From: Octopus sinensis
Lineage: Eukaryota
Reading direction: 5' to 3'
Length of the DNA stretch: 64,000 bases
NCBI RefSeq assembly: GCF_006345805.1
Contig: NC_042999.1
Location: 67,394,001-67,458,000 of the forward strand
Position 1 is the first letter of the stretch; every line of letters begins with the position of its first letter. Positions 39,351-52,121 of this stretch are shown here, in pieces. The notes below the pieces were generated by a model. That model was not told where the DNA came from. It searched no databases and saw only the letters and a list, made by a program, of their open reading frames with translations. Both the position numbers and the translations under genes were made by a program.

Positions 39351-40357
39351 TAATCTGGTTTCAGATGGCATGGTTTTGGTGGAGGATAGGCTTCAAATTG
39401 TTAAAGAAAATCAAGTGAGAATAAGAAAGGATTCATTTCGTTTGTTGTCTTTTGTTTGCCTTTGTTGGTATCTAGAGAGGTTAAGTGAGAAAAGAAAACC
39501 GAATAGCGTGGCAATGGTGTTGGTTTATAGAGAGACATAAAGAAAATCAGACACGCTTACACTGATAAACGCTCTCGTTCACTCCCCCTCTCCTTCTCTT
39601 ACCTCATTTCTTTCTGTCTGTTTGTTTGTCTGTCTCTCCCCCCCTCTCACTCACTCACTCTCTGCCACACACACACACACACACACACATACATGCATAC
39701 ACATTATACACACACACAGGCACACATTCATATTTATGCATAAGCAAATAAATATAAAACAGTAGCAAAATATATCAGTAACGTATTTTACATGGTACAA
39801 ACAATCTAAGAACTCACTAGATTGTGTTGTGTGTGTGTCAGTGGCCACTCAGGCACTCGGGTTTTTCGGGCTTAGTCCGAGTATAAATTTGGTTAAGTGA
39901 ACGTGTATTATCAAGCTGTCTTAATTTCTGCCAATACTGACTTCAAGTATGTCATTTCAGGCTAATAACTCGGGCTCCTTTTATTGAGCCAGGTCGCAGT
40001 TCATTTGTTTTCGTTCAGCGTCTGGCAGTCGTCTTAGAGGTGCCCTATATCAAAAAATATTATTCGTAGCAGATTTTCTCTCCACATCGTTCACACGCGC
40101 CTGACTCGGGCTCAGAAGTTACCGCCCGAGTTGTTATCCGGGATATAGTCTCAGTACAGGGAACTTGTTTCAGTCATGTGACTGCAGCCATGCTGGAACA
40201 CCGCTTTAAAGGTTTTTTTTAGTCAAAGGAACCATTTTTCTTTCTTTTCTTTTCTCCATTTCTAAGCCAAGAGTAAAAAATAGAGCAACCCTGGAAAACA
40301 CAACTGATCTTTACACACAGACGCACAGAATAACAACAATCAAATAACGACAGCGGA

Positions 40358-41326
40358 ATGCACGGCAAGCATCAGCGATCTGTTAGTCTTTTACACCTAC
40401 CAGGCTCATTTGTATTAAGCCCGAGTTACTGGATAATTTTTCCTTTAAGAATATTGTAGAAGGGAAACTTTTCATAACTCTCATAACAATTGAGAGACTA
40501 TATCCGATTATAGATAACGAGTTGTTATCTATAATCGTAAAAATTAAACGTAGAGATTACTGTTTAAATTCCAATCTATGAAAAGTTTCCGTTCTACAAT
40601 ATTCTTAAAGGAAAGAAGAATTATCCGGATCTTTTCCTTTTGAACGGCAGATATCAACACAATTTCTAGTTAACTAAACACTTTTAAACTTCTTATACTG
40701 GTAGAATAAAACATCATTTTCCTTTGGTTTTATTGAGAAAATTCTATAGTTTGTAAGATATTTCGTCTGAAAATCCGAGCATTTCGGCAATTTTAACCAA
40801 TCGATTACCTCCATTCAACTAAAATCCTTTGCTGCGTCTAAAACTGAGACAACATCCTATAACTAACCCTAAACCTCCCCCCTAACCCTTTTTTTTCTTA
40901 ATTATTAAATTAATTTAATTCTATTGCTTTAGTTTTTTTTTACACGCGTAACAATTAAATTAATTTAACAATTAAGAAAAAAATTTAGGGTTAGGGTTGG
41001 GGGGAGGTTTAGGGTTAGTTACAGGATGTTGTCTCAGTTTTAGACGCAGCAAATGATTTTAGCTCAAAAGAGAGCATAGGATTGGTTAAAATTCGAAAAA
41101 TTAAACTACGTTAAACAAACAAATTACAATTTTCTCAAGAAAGCCAAGAGAAAAAAATGTTTTATTTTGACACATTCTACCAGTATACGAAGTTTTAAAG
41201 TGTTTAGTTAACTAGAAATTGTCTGCCGTTCAAAAGGAAAGGATCCAATTATCCAGTAACTCGGGCTAATACAAATGAGCCTGGTAGGTGTAAAAGACTA
41301 ACAGATCGCTGATGTTTGCCGTGCAT
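40358..41326. mobile_element. Palindromic MITE (about 340 bp) interrupted by a second MITE
   Basis: Outer arms 40358-40437 and 41247-41326 are nearly perfect; inner palindrome at about 40440-40615. Confidence 0.8.
40627..41246. mobile_element. Long-TIR MITE with GG..CC termini and 8-bp TSD (Merlin-like), containing TTAGGG repeats
   Basis: Termini GGATCTTTTCCTTTTGAACGGCAGA and TCTGCCGTTCAAAAGGAAAGGATCC; TSD AATTATCC at 40619-40626 and 41247-41254. Confidence 0.75.
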
Positions 41327-42860
41327 GCCTGTACCTAAGTGGACTGAACAATTGAGAGTTAATTATTCTGGTCATGAATACAGTTTAACGAGTTATTCCA
41401 TACTGCAATGCCTTCTTACATCTAGATGGACTGGACAGTTAAGGGTTAGTTTCCAGGGATATAATGTCAGTACAGGGAACTATACTACGCTGTGGTATCC
41501 ACAAACAGCTAAGTTGAATGAACTGTTGGCGGTTTAGTGTGTTTGTCGCGACACGAGTTTTTTTTTTTACTGTTACATACCATGGTAGCTTCTAACATCT
41601 AGGTGGGCAGGAAAGGCGGGTGATAATTGCATGAGGTATGGTCACTGTAAAAGGAAGTATATCACACTGTGTACCAACTAACAACCTAGAGGATCAGAAA
41701 ACTGAGAATTAATTCCTGTGGTCAAGAATACATTCCAGAGAATTCTATTACGCTGTGGTACTTACGTCTCCCTACGTGGACTGGATAGTTGAGAGTGAAT
41801 TATTTTAGACATGAGCTAAGTACAGGGCACTGCTTACAATCTACAGGACCAGGCAGTTGAGAATTAAGTGCCTTTATTAGAACACGGCTCAGTGAGACAT
41901 ACTAAACTGTGGTTTCTACATCTTATTTGGAGGACTAAACTGTTTCAAGATATTTGCTTTGGGTATGAACACAGTAGAGTTGAGAATTACAACACAGTGC
42001 AGAACCTATTTACAGCTAAGTCAACTGGAAAGTTAAGTGCTGTTGTGGAAGGATCCTGACCACCCCGACATGACCAAAAGTGGACTAATGCATTTCAATC
42101 AGATAAAGAACTGTCGGGGTGACACCGGCAGTTGACAGCATAAATCAACCTACCCAAAGAATGTAGAAACAGAGAAGATAGTCAAGTTTAATCAAACAGT
42201 AAGAGTGAAAGTACCATCATACATATATGCAGAGGATATGAAGGCGATAATGATCGAAAAGGAAAATTACAAGAAACTGAAAGAAATGTGTGGAGATAGT
42301 ATTGACCCATAGGAGTGAGGGTGGAATTCAAAGAATTGCCACCGGTACTGGATTTAATAGAAATTGAACCATTGATGAAGTATTATTAAAAAGAAAATAA
42401 GTATGTTAAATTGACAGGAGAAAAGAAAAAAGAAAAAGGAGGAAAAAAAGAAAAAAACGAAAGAGTAAAGTGCTTTATGTTATGTTTAAAAAAAATATTG
42501 AAAAATAGAACAATTGTAGATGATGTATATAACGGTTCAAATACTTGCAATGGTATGTAACATGATAATTAATTGTTGTGTAAATACAGTCCCACTGCGT
42601 GGTACCTTCAGTTAGCGTCTTCTACTATATCCTCGGGCCGACCAAAGACTTGGGAGTGGAATTGGCAGACGGAAACTGAAAGAAGCCCGTCGTACATGTG
42701 TGTGTGCATGTGTGTATTACGTGTGTGTGTGTGTGTGATAACACTAGCACAACATACAACACTGTTATCATCTACAATATCAACAACATCCAACAGCGAT
42801 ACCATACACAACAATTACATCAACAACCCCAACGCCAACACTATGCACATCGACCGGTGA

Positions 42861-43162
42861 AGACGCGTGGCTTAGTGGTAAGGGTAATCGGCTCACGACC
42901 ACGAGTTCGATTCCCGGCGGCGCGATGTGTCCTTGACCAACACACTTTATTTCACGTTGCTCCAGTTCACCCAGCTGGCAAAAACGAATTATACCTGCAA
43001 TTCAAAGGGCCAACCTTATCACATTTTGTGTCGCGTTGAATCTCCCTGAGAACATCATTAGGGGTACGCGTATCTGTGGAGTACTCAACCACTTGCACGT
43101 TAATTTCTTGTTCCGTTGATTGGATCAGCTGGAACACTCGTCATCATAAACATCGGAGTGCC
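42861..43162 (+). mobile_element. SINE family C
   Basis: Homologous to 13202-13515. Confidence 0.85.
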
Positions 43163-43226
43163 AACTTTTTTAATTGCTGTGGTTGATATGGATATCTGCC
43201 TATTGTTGTTGTTGTTGCTGCTATTG

Positions 43227-43590
43227 CTGTTGAGCGAAGCGGTCTTCGTCCTCTTGGGAGAAGTCCGAAACGTGGTCCTTTGCTATTCGTAAGACCCGCA
43301 GAAGAGAAAGCAGGTCAACCCCCGACACCGAGTGCATTGACGGGTGGATGAGTGTTTTTCCAGGCTCAGCGGTTGCGTAGGAAGTCGGGAACAAGAAACA
43401 GGAAGAAAGAGTGAGAGAAAGTTGGAGCGAAAGAGTACAACAGGGGTCACCACCCACCCCCTTGCGGAGCCTCGTGGAGCTTTAGGTGTTTTCGCTCAAT
43501 AAACCTACACAACGCCCGGTCTGGGAATCGAAACTGCGATCCTCCGACCGCGAGTCCGCCGCCCTAACCATTGGGCCATTGCGCCTCCAC
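43227..43590 (-). mobile_element. SINE family D, long-tail variant
   Basis: Homologous to 10784-11156. Confidence 0.85.
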
Positions 43591-43992
43591 TGTTGTTGCT
43601 GCTGTCGTCGTTGTTGCTATATAGGGTATTGGTGGTGTTGTTGTTTATAATGTTGTTGTTGTTGTTATAGTTGTTCCTAATCGTTAATGGTTGGTGATTG
43701 GTTTCATTGATTTATTTATTTATTCATCGTTTTGATGTTTACTTGTTGGCTTTTCAATCAGTCTAAATCAAAAGATTGACATTTAACAAGTTAGCTTTGA
43801 TGTAAACGGGATTGTGACGAAAGAGAGAGAGAGAGAGAATGAAGAGAGGAGCTGAAGGAAAGGAGGAGGTGAAGGAGAGAAGTATAAAGAACCAGGGAGA
43901 GAGGGGAAAAAGAAAGGCATTGAGGTAGTGTGAATGCATGTGTACACAAATATACGTACATACATGCATACATATGTCTATGCGTACATTAC

Positions 43993-44047
<55 letters not shown>

Positions 44048-44201
44048 TCACACATATGCACAAATGCATGAGGTGTGCATACATTACATATATATATATA
44101 TATATACTCACACATATGCACAAATGCATGAGGGTGCATACATTACATTATATATATATAATATACTCACACATATACACAAATACATGAGATGTTCATA
44201 C

Positions 44202-44274
<73 letters not shown>

Positions 44275-45086
44275 GAGAGGGAGAGAGAGAGCGAGAGAAA
44301 AACATGGGTTGATAAACAGACAGGTACATAGACAGAGAGACAGAGTAAGAGACGGAGAGAGAAAGAGAGAGAGAGAGAGAGGGGAAAGAAAAAGAAATGG
44401 TGAGAGAGAGAGGGAGAATAAGGAGAATGAGGTGAGGCAAGACGTAAAAGAGAGAGAGAGAGAGAGAGAGTATGGAAGCGAAAGAGAGAACGAATAACTG
44501 AAAGAGAAAGTAAACCAGAAAAACATCACTCACCATCTAATTGCATACCATGTGACCCCAAGATGACTGAACAGATCTATCATAACGGAGATAAGGAGAC
44601 GAAAAAGCAGTGTGTGTACCAACGAGACATTATGTATGGGTATTTTAGTATTTTTTTTCATTGGAAATTTGAGAATGATGTCAATATCGATAGGAAGTGG
44701 TAAGCCTCACTTGGACTGGTGGCCGTTACATCACTTCATATGACATTTTGAAAGTAATACTTTTGGAATCTAGTAGAATGGGATAACAATAAAATAACAA
44801 GAAAAGTTAGTATAATTTCAGTTGTTGGTGTTGGTGATGGTGGTGGTGGTGGCGGCGGCGGCTTTGAGTAGAACCCGTTCTTTTTTTTTTTTGTTATAAC
44901 TTTTGTTGTTGCTTTCAATGTGTTTTCTAACATTAAACCTGTTCACATGCAAAACCCTCACACCAATACTTACGCTTACACATTCAATGTTCTACCCTGT
45001 GCCGTCCATAATATTTTTTTTTCTTGATGTAAGTCCTTTGTGGTCAATAAAGAAATTATTATTATTATTATTATTATTATTATGTA

Positions 45087-45545
45087 AGAGAGCAGTGCAT
45101 GCCATCAAAGTGACACTGGGGTAAAATATACGAAGCCCAGTATACCCATCATGATTACTTGTCTGATAAGGGTACACTAGGCACATGCACCACAACCATA
45201 TGTGCGCGACATGGCGATCTCATATCAAGATAAACTTCTGGTCGAGTAACCCATCCCGCTCAAAAGATCCCTGAATGAGGGTTGTTTAAGGATGTTGAAC
45301 GAAACACCCATGTTTCCAGAGGTGAATTATTTAAACCCCAAAGAATCCCTCTCAACACATAGCTATGATGCTTCCCCACTACTTCTGCTCGTGATCAGAG
45401 ATGCACATATCGTCAACCACAAAGAGTCATGCTCAACTGGTTAAGGTCAAACAAATGACAAGCAAATCGGTGGCTGCGCGAAGGCGACGGGCGGACGGCG
45501 AACGCCGAGCTAGCCCATCTTTTATACCAAGACAAAACAATGTAC
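45087..45545 (-). mobile_element. Interspersed repeat family F
   Basis: Reverse complement of the 30586-31095 family. Confidence 0.75.
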
Positions 45546-45571
45546 ATTATTATTATTATTGCTATTATTGT

Positions 45572-45604
<33 letters not shown>

Positions 45605-45615
45605 TTTTTTTTTTT

Positions 45616-46070
45616 AAGGCGGCGAGCTGGGAGAAGCGTTAGCACGCCGGGCGAAATGCTTTGCGGTATTTCGTCTGCCGCTACGTTGTGAGTTCAAATT
45701 CCGCCGAGGTCGACTTTGCCTTTCATCCTTTTAGGGTCGATAAATTAAGCACCAGTTATGCATTGGGGTCGATGTAATCGACTTAATACCTATGTCTGTC
45801 CTTGTTTGTCCTCTCTATGTTTAGCCCCTTGTGGGTAATAAAGAAATAGGTATTTTGTATGCCGTTACGTTATTATTATTATTATTATTATAAGGCACAA
45901 TCGTTAGCACGTCGGGCAAAATGCTTACAAGTATTTCGTCCGTCTTCACGTTCTGTTTTCAAATTCCGCCGAGGTCAACTTTGCCTTTCATCCTTTTGGG
46001 GTCGATAAATTAAGTACCAGTGGAGTACTGGGGTCGATATAATCGGCTTAACCCTTCCTCCAAAGCATCA
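45616..46070 (+). mobile_element. Two family A SINE copies
   Basis: Head AAGGCGGCGAGCTGG, B box GAGTTCAAATTCC, conserved core. Confidence 0.85.
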
Positions 46071-46114
46071 AGCCTTGTGCTTATTGTAGAAAGAGTTATT
46101 ATTGTTATTAAGGC

Positions 46115-46188
46115 AGTAGTGGTTAAGAGCGCGGGCTACTAACCCCAAGCGTCCGAGTTCGATTCCAGGCAGTGACCTGAATAATAAC

Positions 46189-46228
<40 letters not shown>

Positions 46229-46364
46229 TCGAAAATACCTTAGGAATGAGAACCCAGGTTCGAAATTTCACCAAGAAACCTGATGAAGACTGGAGGGTAC
46301 ATCAGCCGAAACGTTGTATTAACAACAAACAAGATGAGGACAAATATCCGTCAAATGTAAATAA
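46115..46364 (+). mobile_element. tRNA(Ser)-like-headed SINE (family E) with (AAT)n and an embedded hammerhead motif, 12-bp TSD
   Basis: TAGTGGTTAAG head, GGG-CTACTAA-CCC anticodon-like arm, B box GTTCGATTCC at 46157-46166. TSD TGTTATTAAGGC at 46103-46114 and 46365-46376. Confidence 0.85.
46275..46320 (+). ncRNA. Minimal hammerhead ribozyme motif inside SINE E
   Basis: GAAAC-CTGATGA-A-GACTG-gagggtacat-CAGCC-GAAAC-GTT-GTATT. Core is intact; stems I and II each carry one mismatch; stem III is the loopless palindrome AACGTT. Confidence 0.6.
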
Positions 46365-48459
46365 TGTTATTAAGGCGACTAGCTGGTAGAATCGTTTACA
46401 CACCGGACAAAATTCTTAGTGCCATTTCTTCCAGCTGTTTACGTTGAGAGATCAAATTCCACTGAGGTCGATTTTACGTCTCATTCCTTCGGGGGTCGAA
46501 AAAATAAGGTGCCAGTCAAGTACTTGGTCGATGCAGTCGACTATCCACCTCCTGCAAAAGTGCTGACATTATGCGAAAGCTGGAAAGAGTTATTTATTTT
46601 ATTTACCTTTTTATTTGATGTGACTAAGATAATGTTTGGAGTGACGTATCGCTCCGTTAGACATCGGAGATCTACGTTAGCGTAGGAAATGTTTCACGCT
46701 ACGACTAAAAGAACTCAGAATGCGAAGAGTCGGAACAGTTCTCGTGAAGCATTCTGTCAAACGTTTCTATCACTCTAGGACTGAAACTTTATTTAATCGA
46801 TTATCGAAAAGGATGGTAAACAACATTGATTTAAGCAGAATTTAACTCAGTTTGCAGATAGCTGCAACAGATCTCGAGAGGCACAACATTCTAATCATTT
46901 TGCCACTCAACTGCCCAGGATAGAACTCTTTCATCAACTTCCGAAAGAATGAGAAGTAAAGTTGACCTCAGCAGGATTTGAACTCTGAACGTAGATAAAC
47001 ATTGTAAGGTAAGTGACCTGACGCTCTGACGACTGTGCCAAACTGTTGCCTTGAAAAAATTAACATAAAAAACTTTACATGTTCTCTTGTACACAGTAAA
47101 CCAATATATTTATAATTTTGGTCTGTTTATACCAGCTTTATGTCGACATAGACCACAAAGAGATTTTTCAAATCCTAAAGTTTACATTATCAAAACTGTT
47201 AGCATATGAATCATTGAACAAGTCTCTTACGTGGTCTGGTTATTTGATTTGCTATACAAGAAATAACGACCAAATTTCCTTCAAAACAAGTTACCCTGCC
47301 ATTAGTGGTGTTATCAACCAGAGGTTAAGCAATTAGATGAGTGGTGCGGTTGGAAATGCTGCATAATATGCCAGGAAAGACACAAAAAGAGAGGTTTCTA
47401 GTTTTTTACTAGGCGAATATATTAAGTTGGGTTATGTTGGTCAAAAACTTTCACAATGGACACAGCATTAAAGCTGTCTCACCAACGCCTTTCTGCTCTC
47501 TTTCGCTTTTACTAATCTTTCATTTCAACCACTAATTCATGAAAATGATACATAAACAAATAAGTATCACATCATATCACAAGTCAGGTGTCAAACTGTA
47601 TTGTAACACCTTTAATATACTACAGCCAAATAGTCGTAAAACTGTAATAAATTTTCCTTTACACCTCGACACACCTAGGAATTATCGATGCCGTATTGAT
47701 GTGTTGCGACTTGCAGTGTGCAAACTTCTGCATTACTCACATTATCAGCACATATCCTAAAATCTTTAGTTTAATGTAGACGTTTGACAGCTGTAAGTAC
47801 ACACTATGACAAGGTCCAACGGGGACGAAACGCATGAAGTATTCTCGCTAGTTGCTGCAAGAACAATTTTCGTCTCCCACAGGTATATTGTGTTTTCGAA
47901 CACAGTAAGTCCGTAAGAGATGTTTGTCCTAGACGAATACTGCAGTATACTGGCCTATCAACAGTGTACATACATTAAGCATGTTACATACATAGTTACT
48001 TTAATTTAGTATTGCTTCTATTGCATATAACAGATTTTTATTCGGCCAAACGATTATTCGCAAAATCAGTGAATGCTTTCTTCCTCGTTTCCTATATGTC
48101 GGAGACAATGAATTCTCATTCGAACATGTGAGTACGTGCTCTGACATGGCCCTGTGACGCCTAAGTGCATCTGGTGTCTCTCACTAGGCCCTGCCGGGTC
48201 GATTTTGGAAGAATCTGATCATAGGTTTACTTGATCATAGTTGACCTGGAGCTAAGCAACAACATCAGTAACATCATTGATATCCTAATTACCACTGTAT
48301 ATGCTAAATACCCCAATGTTCACATCCACTGGGTATCTAGCCTCAGCAACAATACGGATTTTTGCTTTCAACTCAAGTATTTGTGTATCATATATTTGGT
48401 TTGTATTTGATAGAAATTTTCATCGAAATGTTCCGTCGATATTCCTTGCGTTGAATATA

Positions 48460-48756
48460 CACTAATCCCTCGATTATCGCGTGTGTTACATTCCAAAACC
48501 TCCCGCAATAGGTGAAATATATTTTGACTAATGTGTTATACAGGGCAGTAATGTACTGTATTTTTACTTAATTTATATATTTTTTAGGCGTGAAAATGCT
48601 TATTTTACAACAGAAATAATTAAAATCTAAAAAGAATATAAATACCTATCAGTCGCAGAAACCCGCGATATACTGAGGAGTCCGCGATATAAATTTACGT
48701 ATATTAGCCAGAAAAATCTGCGATGTACTAAGTGCGCGATAGGTGAACCGCGATAT
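48460..48756 (+). mobile_element. pogo/Tigger-like MITE remnant
   Basis: TA-CA(C)TAATCCCTCG left end and repeated subterminal CCGCGATA motifs; right TIR missing. Confidence 0.6.
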
Positions 48757-48866
48757 GAATATCCTCAACGTTCTTTTTAATATATTTATACTTTTATGTA
48801 TGTATTTACTATTTGGTGTTGTTTATATCTTTTATGTATAAATTTTGTATATTTACTATTTACCAG

Positions 48867-49127
48867 TGGAGACGCGTGGCTTATTGGTTAGAGTGTCAGC
48901 ATCAGGATCGTAAGATTGTGGTTTCGATTCCTGGACCGGGCGACGCGTTGTGTTCTTGAGGAAAACACTTCATTTCACGTTGCTCCAGTCCACTCAGCTG
49001 GCAAAAATGAGTAACGCTGCGATGGACTAGCGTCCAGTCCAGCTGGGGAACACATACGTCATTGAAACCGGGAAACCGGGCCCATGAGTCTGACTAAACT
49101 TTAAAAGGGCGTATTTTTTTATTTTTT
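48867..49127 (+). mobile_element. SINE family C variant (different tail) with 15-bp TSD
   Basis: TSD TTTACTATTTACCAG at 48852-48866 and 49128-49142; related minus-strand remnant at about 26675-26870. Confidence 0.85.
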
Positions 49128-50253
49128 TTTACTATTTACCAGGATTATATATTTACCAATTTTCAACAAAGGAATAGAAAATAAAATAAATTTCAGTCGA
49201 AAACTGCAATTTATGGTATTATGTTTAATTCGTTTGTTACGCGCGTTTCGACACCACATGGAATATACATTTCATGAATATAAATATTAAAGTAAATATG
49301 AATAGAAATGGAATTGTAATATTACAACACATTAATGTAAATCTCCGACAAAGGTTCAAAAGTAACACTACTTACACTTGGAAGATTAGTTAAATACAGT
49401 TTTCCTACAAAATATATAATTTGCCAGCATTATATAGTACTATTTTTCAGTTTTATATAGCCCCTAAATGCTAACTTTATAGATATTCACTATGTAACTT
49501 TATGTATTTACTATCTGCCATTTATATTTACTATTTAACACCATCGTGTATCGCTTCAAAGTTCCATCAGATGGCATTATATATTGTTTTAACAAGAAAG
49601 CCATATCACATATAAAGACAGGTGTCCCTTAGTACGATTTTAGACTCTGTTTTGAAAAACTGTGTGATGCAGAAGTTTCCAAACTGCATTTCGTAACACT
49701 CCAGTGGGCTGTCAATAAATTTATAGGCGTGTCAAGTAATGACGGAAGATTTATTAGATTCTTACAAGCATTTGACAGTGCAGTTTATTTGCGGTCTTAC
49801 AAGTTTGTATACAATTTGACACGGGACAGGTGACATGTAAAATGATATTTATTCGTTTATTTATTAATTTCACGAAAGAAAGTAATAAAAAATCGGAGAT
49901 GGGCAGAAAGGTGCTTATGAATCTGTCTTGCTTTCGGCAGCAATGCCGTATCCATTATGGAGATTCGCATCCTAAACATAACATGGCTTGATTTGTTTTT
50001 AATGCGATTTGAAAGCCTTCTTTTAATGTCCTCCACAGAAAAACCTGACATATTCAACATCTCCACTTGCATTTTGTAGTAAAAACCAAAGACGGCCAGA
50101 CAGGGGTTTGTGAGTCTAATATGTCTTCGGCAATAGTGTTAAGTCTTAAGATGAGCAAGTATTAAGATGTTCAACCTTGACATACCATAGTTTAACTTCT
50201 TTTAAATGCGTGTCGTAAATGAGTATCGCCAACGTGAAAAGTCTCGAACGTCC

Positions 50254-50332
<79 letters not shown>

Positions 50333-51174
50333 TGTGTGTATACATGCATACATATGTGTGTGTGTGTGTATATATATATGGTTGTGTGTGTGTGTTTGTC
50401 CCCCCAACATCACTTGACAACCGATGTTGGTGTGGTTACGTTTCCCTAACTTAGCGGTTCGGCAAAAGAGACCGATAGAATAAGTACTAGGCTTCCAAAG
50501 AATAAGTCCTGGGGTCGATTTGCACGACTAAAGGCGGTGCTCCAGGTCAAATGACTGAAAAAAGTAAGAGTAAAAAAAGAGTGTCTGTGTGTGTTTGCGC
50601 GCGTGTGTGTTTGCACGCGTGTGTGTAATATGTATTCGTACTTATATATATATATATGCATATGCATATAAGTACATAAATACACACGTATGCATCCATG
50701 TGTGTCTGTGTGTGTTTACTGCATATGTACAATTTATGGTGGTATGGTACAAAACCTGATGGCAACGGTGGGGATTGTAGTATGTCAGCGATAGTTGATG
50801 AGGGTGATGGAGGTGTTATTGCCATACTGATTGCACCGATGGATGTATTCGTGCCCGTAGAGATCGCTGTGATATTAGCGATACTGGTGCTATGGTGATG
50901 CTGATGATGGAAGTGGCGAGCTTTAATGTCATCTCATAAGTATTGGCAGCGGTTGGGTTAGCAGTCGATGTGTTGTTATTGAAACTACACCATATCCGCT
51001 TGAGAAAACCTATAATCAAATGCCTTCTAAGCGTGACCATTCCATTTGGGTTTTTTTTTAGAGATAGCGATGACCCCCGAACACTATTATCCAATGTTTA
51101 TTATCTTTTATATCATTATCATGACTATTACTGTTGTTGTTTTTGATGTTTTTGTTGTTGTTGTTGTTGAGGAT

Positions 51175-51740
51175 GCGAACTGGCAGAATCGCGAGCACGC
51201 TGGAAGAAATGCTCAGCGATATTTCGTCGGCCGCTACGTTCTGAGTTCAAAATTTCGCCGAGGTCGACTTTGCCTTTCATCCTTTCGGGGTCGATTAAAT
51301 AAGTACCAGTTACGCACTGGGGTCGATGTAATCGACTTAATCCATTTGTCTGTCCCTGTTTGTCCCCTCTGTGTTTAGCCCCTTGTGGGTAGTAAAGAAA
51401 TAGATATTTCGTCTGCTTCTACGTTCTGAGTTCAAATTCCGCAGAGGTCGACTTTGCCTTTCATCCTTTCGGGGTCGATTAAATAAGTACCAGTTACGCA
51501 CTGAGGTCGATGTAATCGACTTAATTCATTTGTCTGTCCTTGTTTGGCCCCTCTATGTTTAGCTCCGTGTGGGTAATAAAGAAACAGGTATTTCGTCTGC
51601 CGTTACGTTCTGAGTTCAAATTCCGCCGAGGTCGACTTTGCCTTTCATCCTTTCGCAGTCGATAAATGAAGTACCAGTGAAGCAGTTGATCGACTAATCC
51701 CCTCCTCCAAATATCAAGTGTTGTGCCTATAGTAGAAAGG
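51175..51740 (+). mobile_element. SINE family A trimer
   Basis: One head followed by three tandem core units of about 180 bp. Confidence 0.85.
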
Positions 51741-52121
51741 GTTTTTGTCGTCGTCGTCGTCTTCTTCTTCTTCTTCTTCTTCTTCTTCTCTTCTTCTTCT
51801 TCTTCTTCTTCTTCTTCTTCTTCTTCTTCTTCTTTCAATCAGGACTCACGCCATTAGCCACAAAGGACAATCTCTAATTAGAGCCTACTCTAAGCTACTA
51901 AGAATGCGTGTGGCAACTTGAAGATCCACCCACCACACGCGATAGACTGGCGATTGCACGGGTGCGAAAGCTACGTTGTTATCCTCATTCCGTAAACGGT
52001 GGCTTTTAGCGGGTGGGGAGCTGAACCATCCCGGGTACAGAGGATTTGCAATCTAGACTAGGGTCTGAAACTTTACCACACCTTAGTGGATTACACCATG
52101 GTTCCTCTGCTTTGTGGCAGA

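Noticed and set aside
40864-41018. Telomere fusion or interstitial telomere
   Set aside because: There are only a few TTAGGG units, and they lie inside the TIRs of a TSD-bounded MITE.
45468-45510. GC-rich patch replacing part of repeat family F
   Set aside because: It is a single short discordant stretch that cannot be distinguished from a local base-calling or consensus error without reads.
46115-46180. Functional tRNA genes (also the heads at 13202, 35106, 42861 and 48867)
   Set aside because: Acceptor stems are missing or truncated and the heads continue into SINE bodies, several with TSDs.
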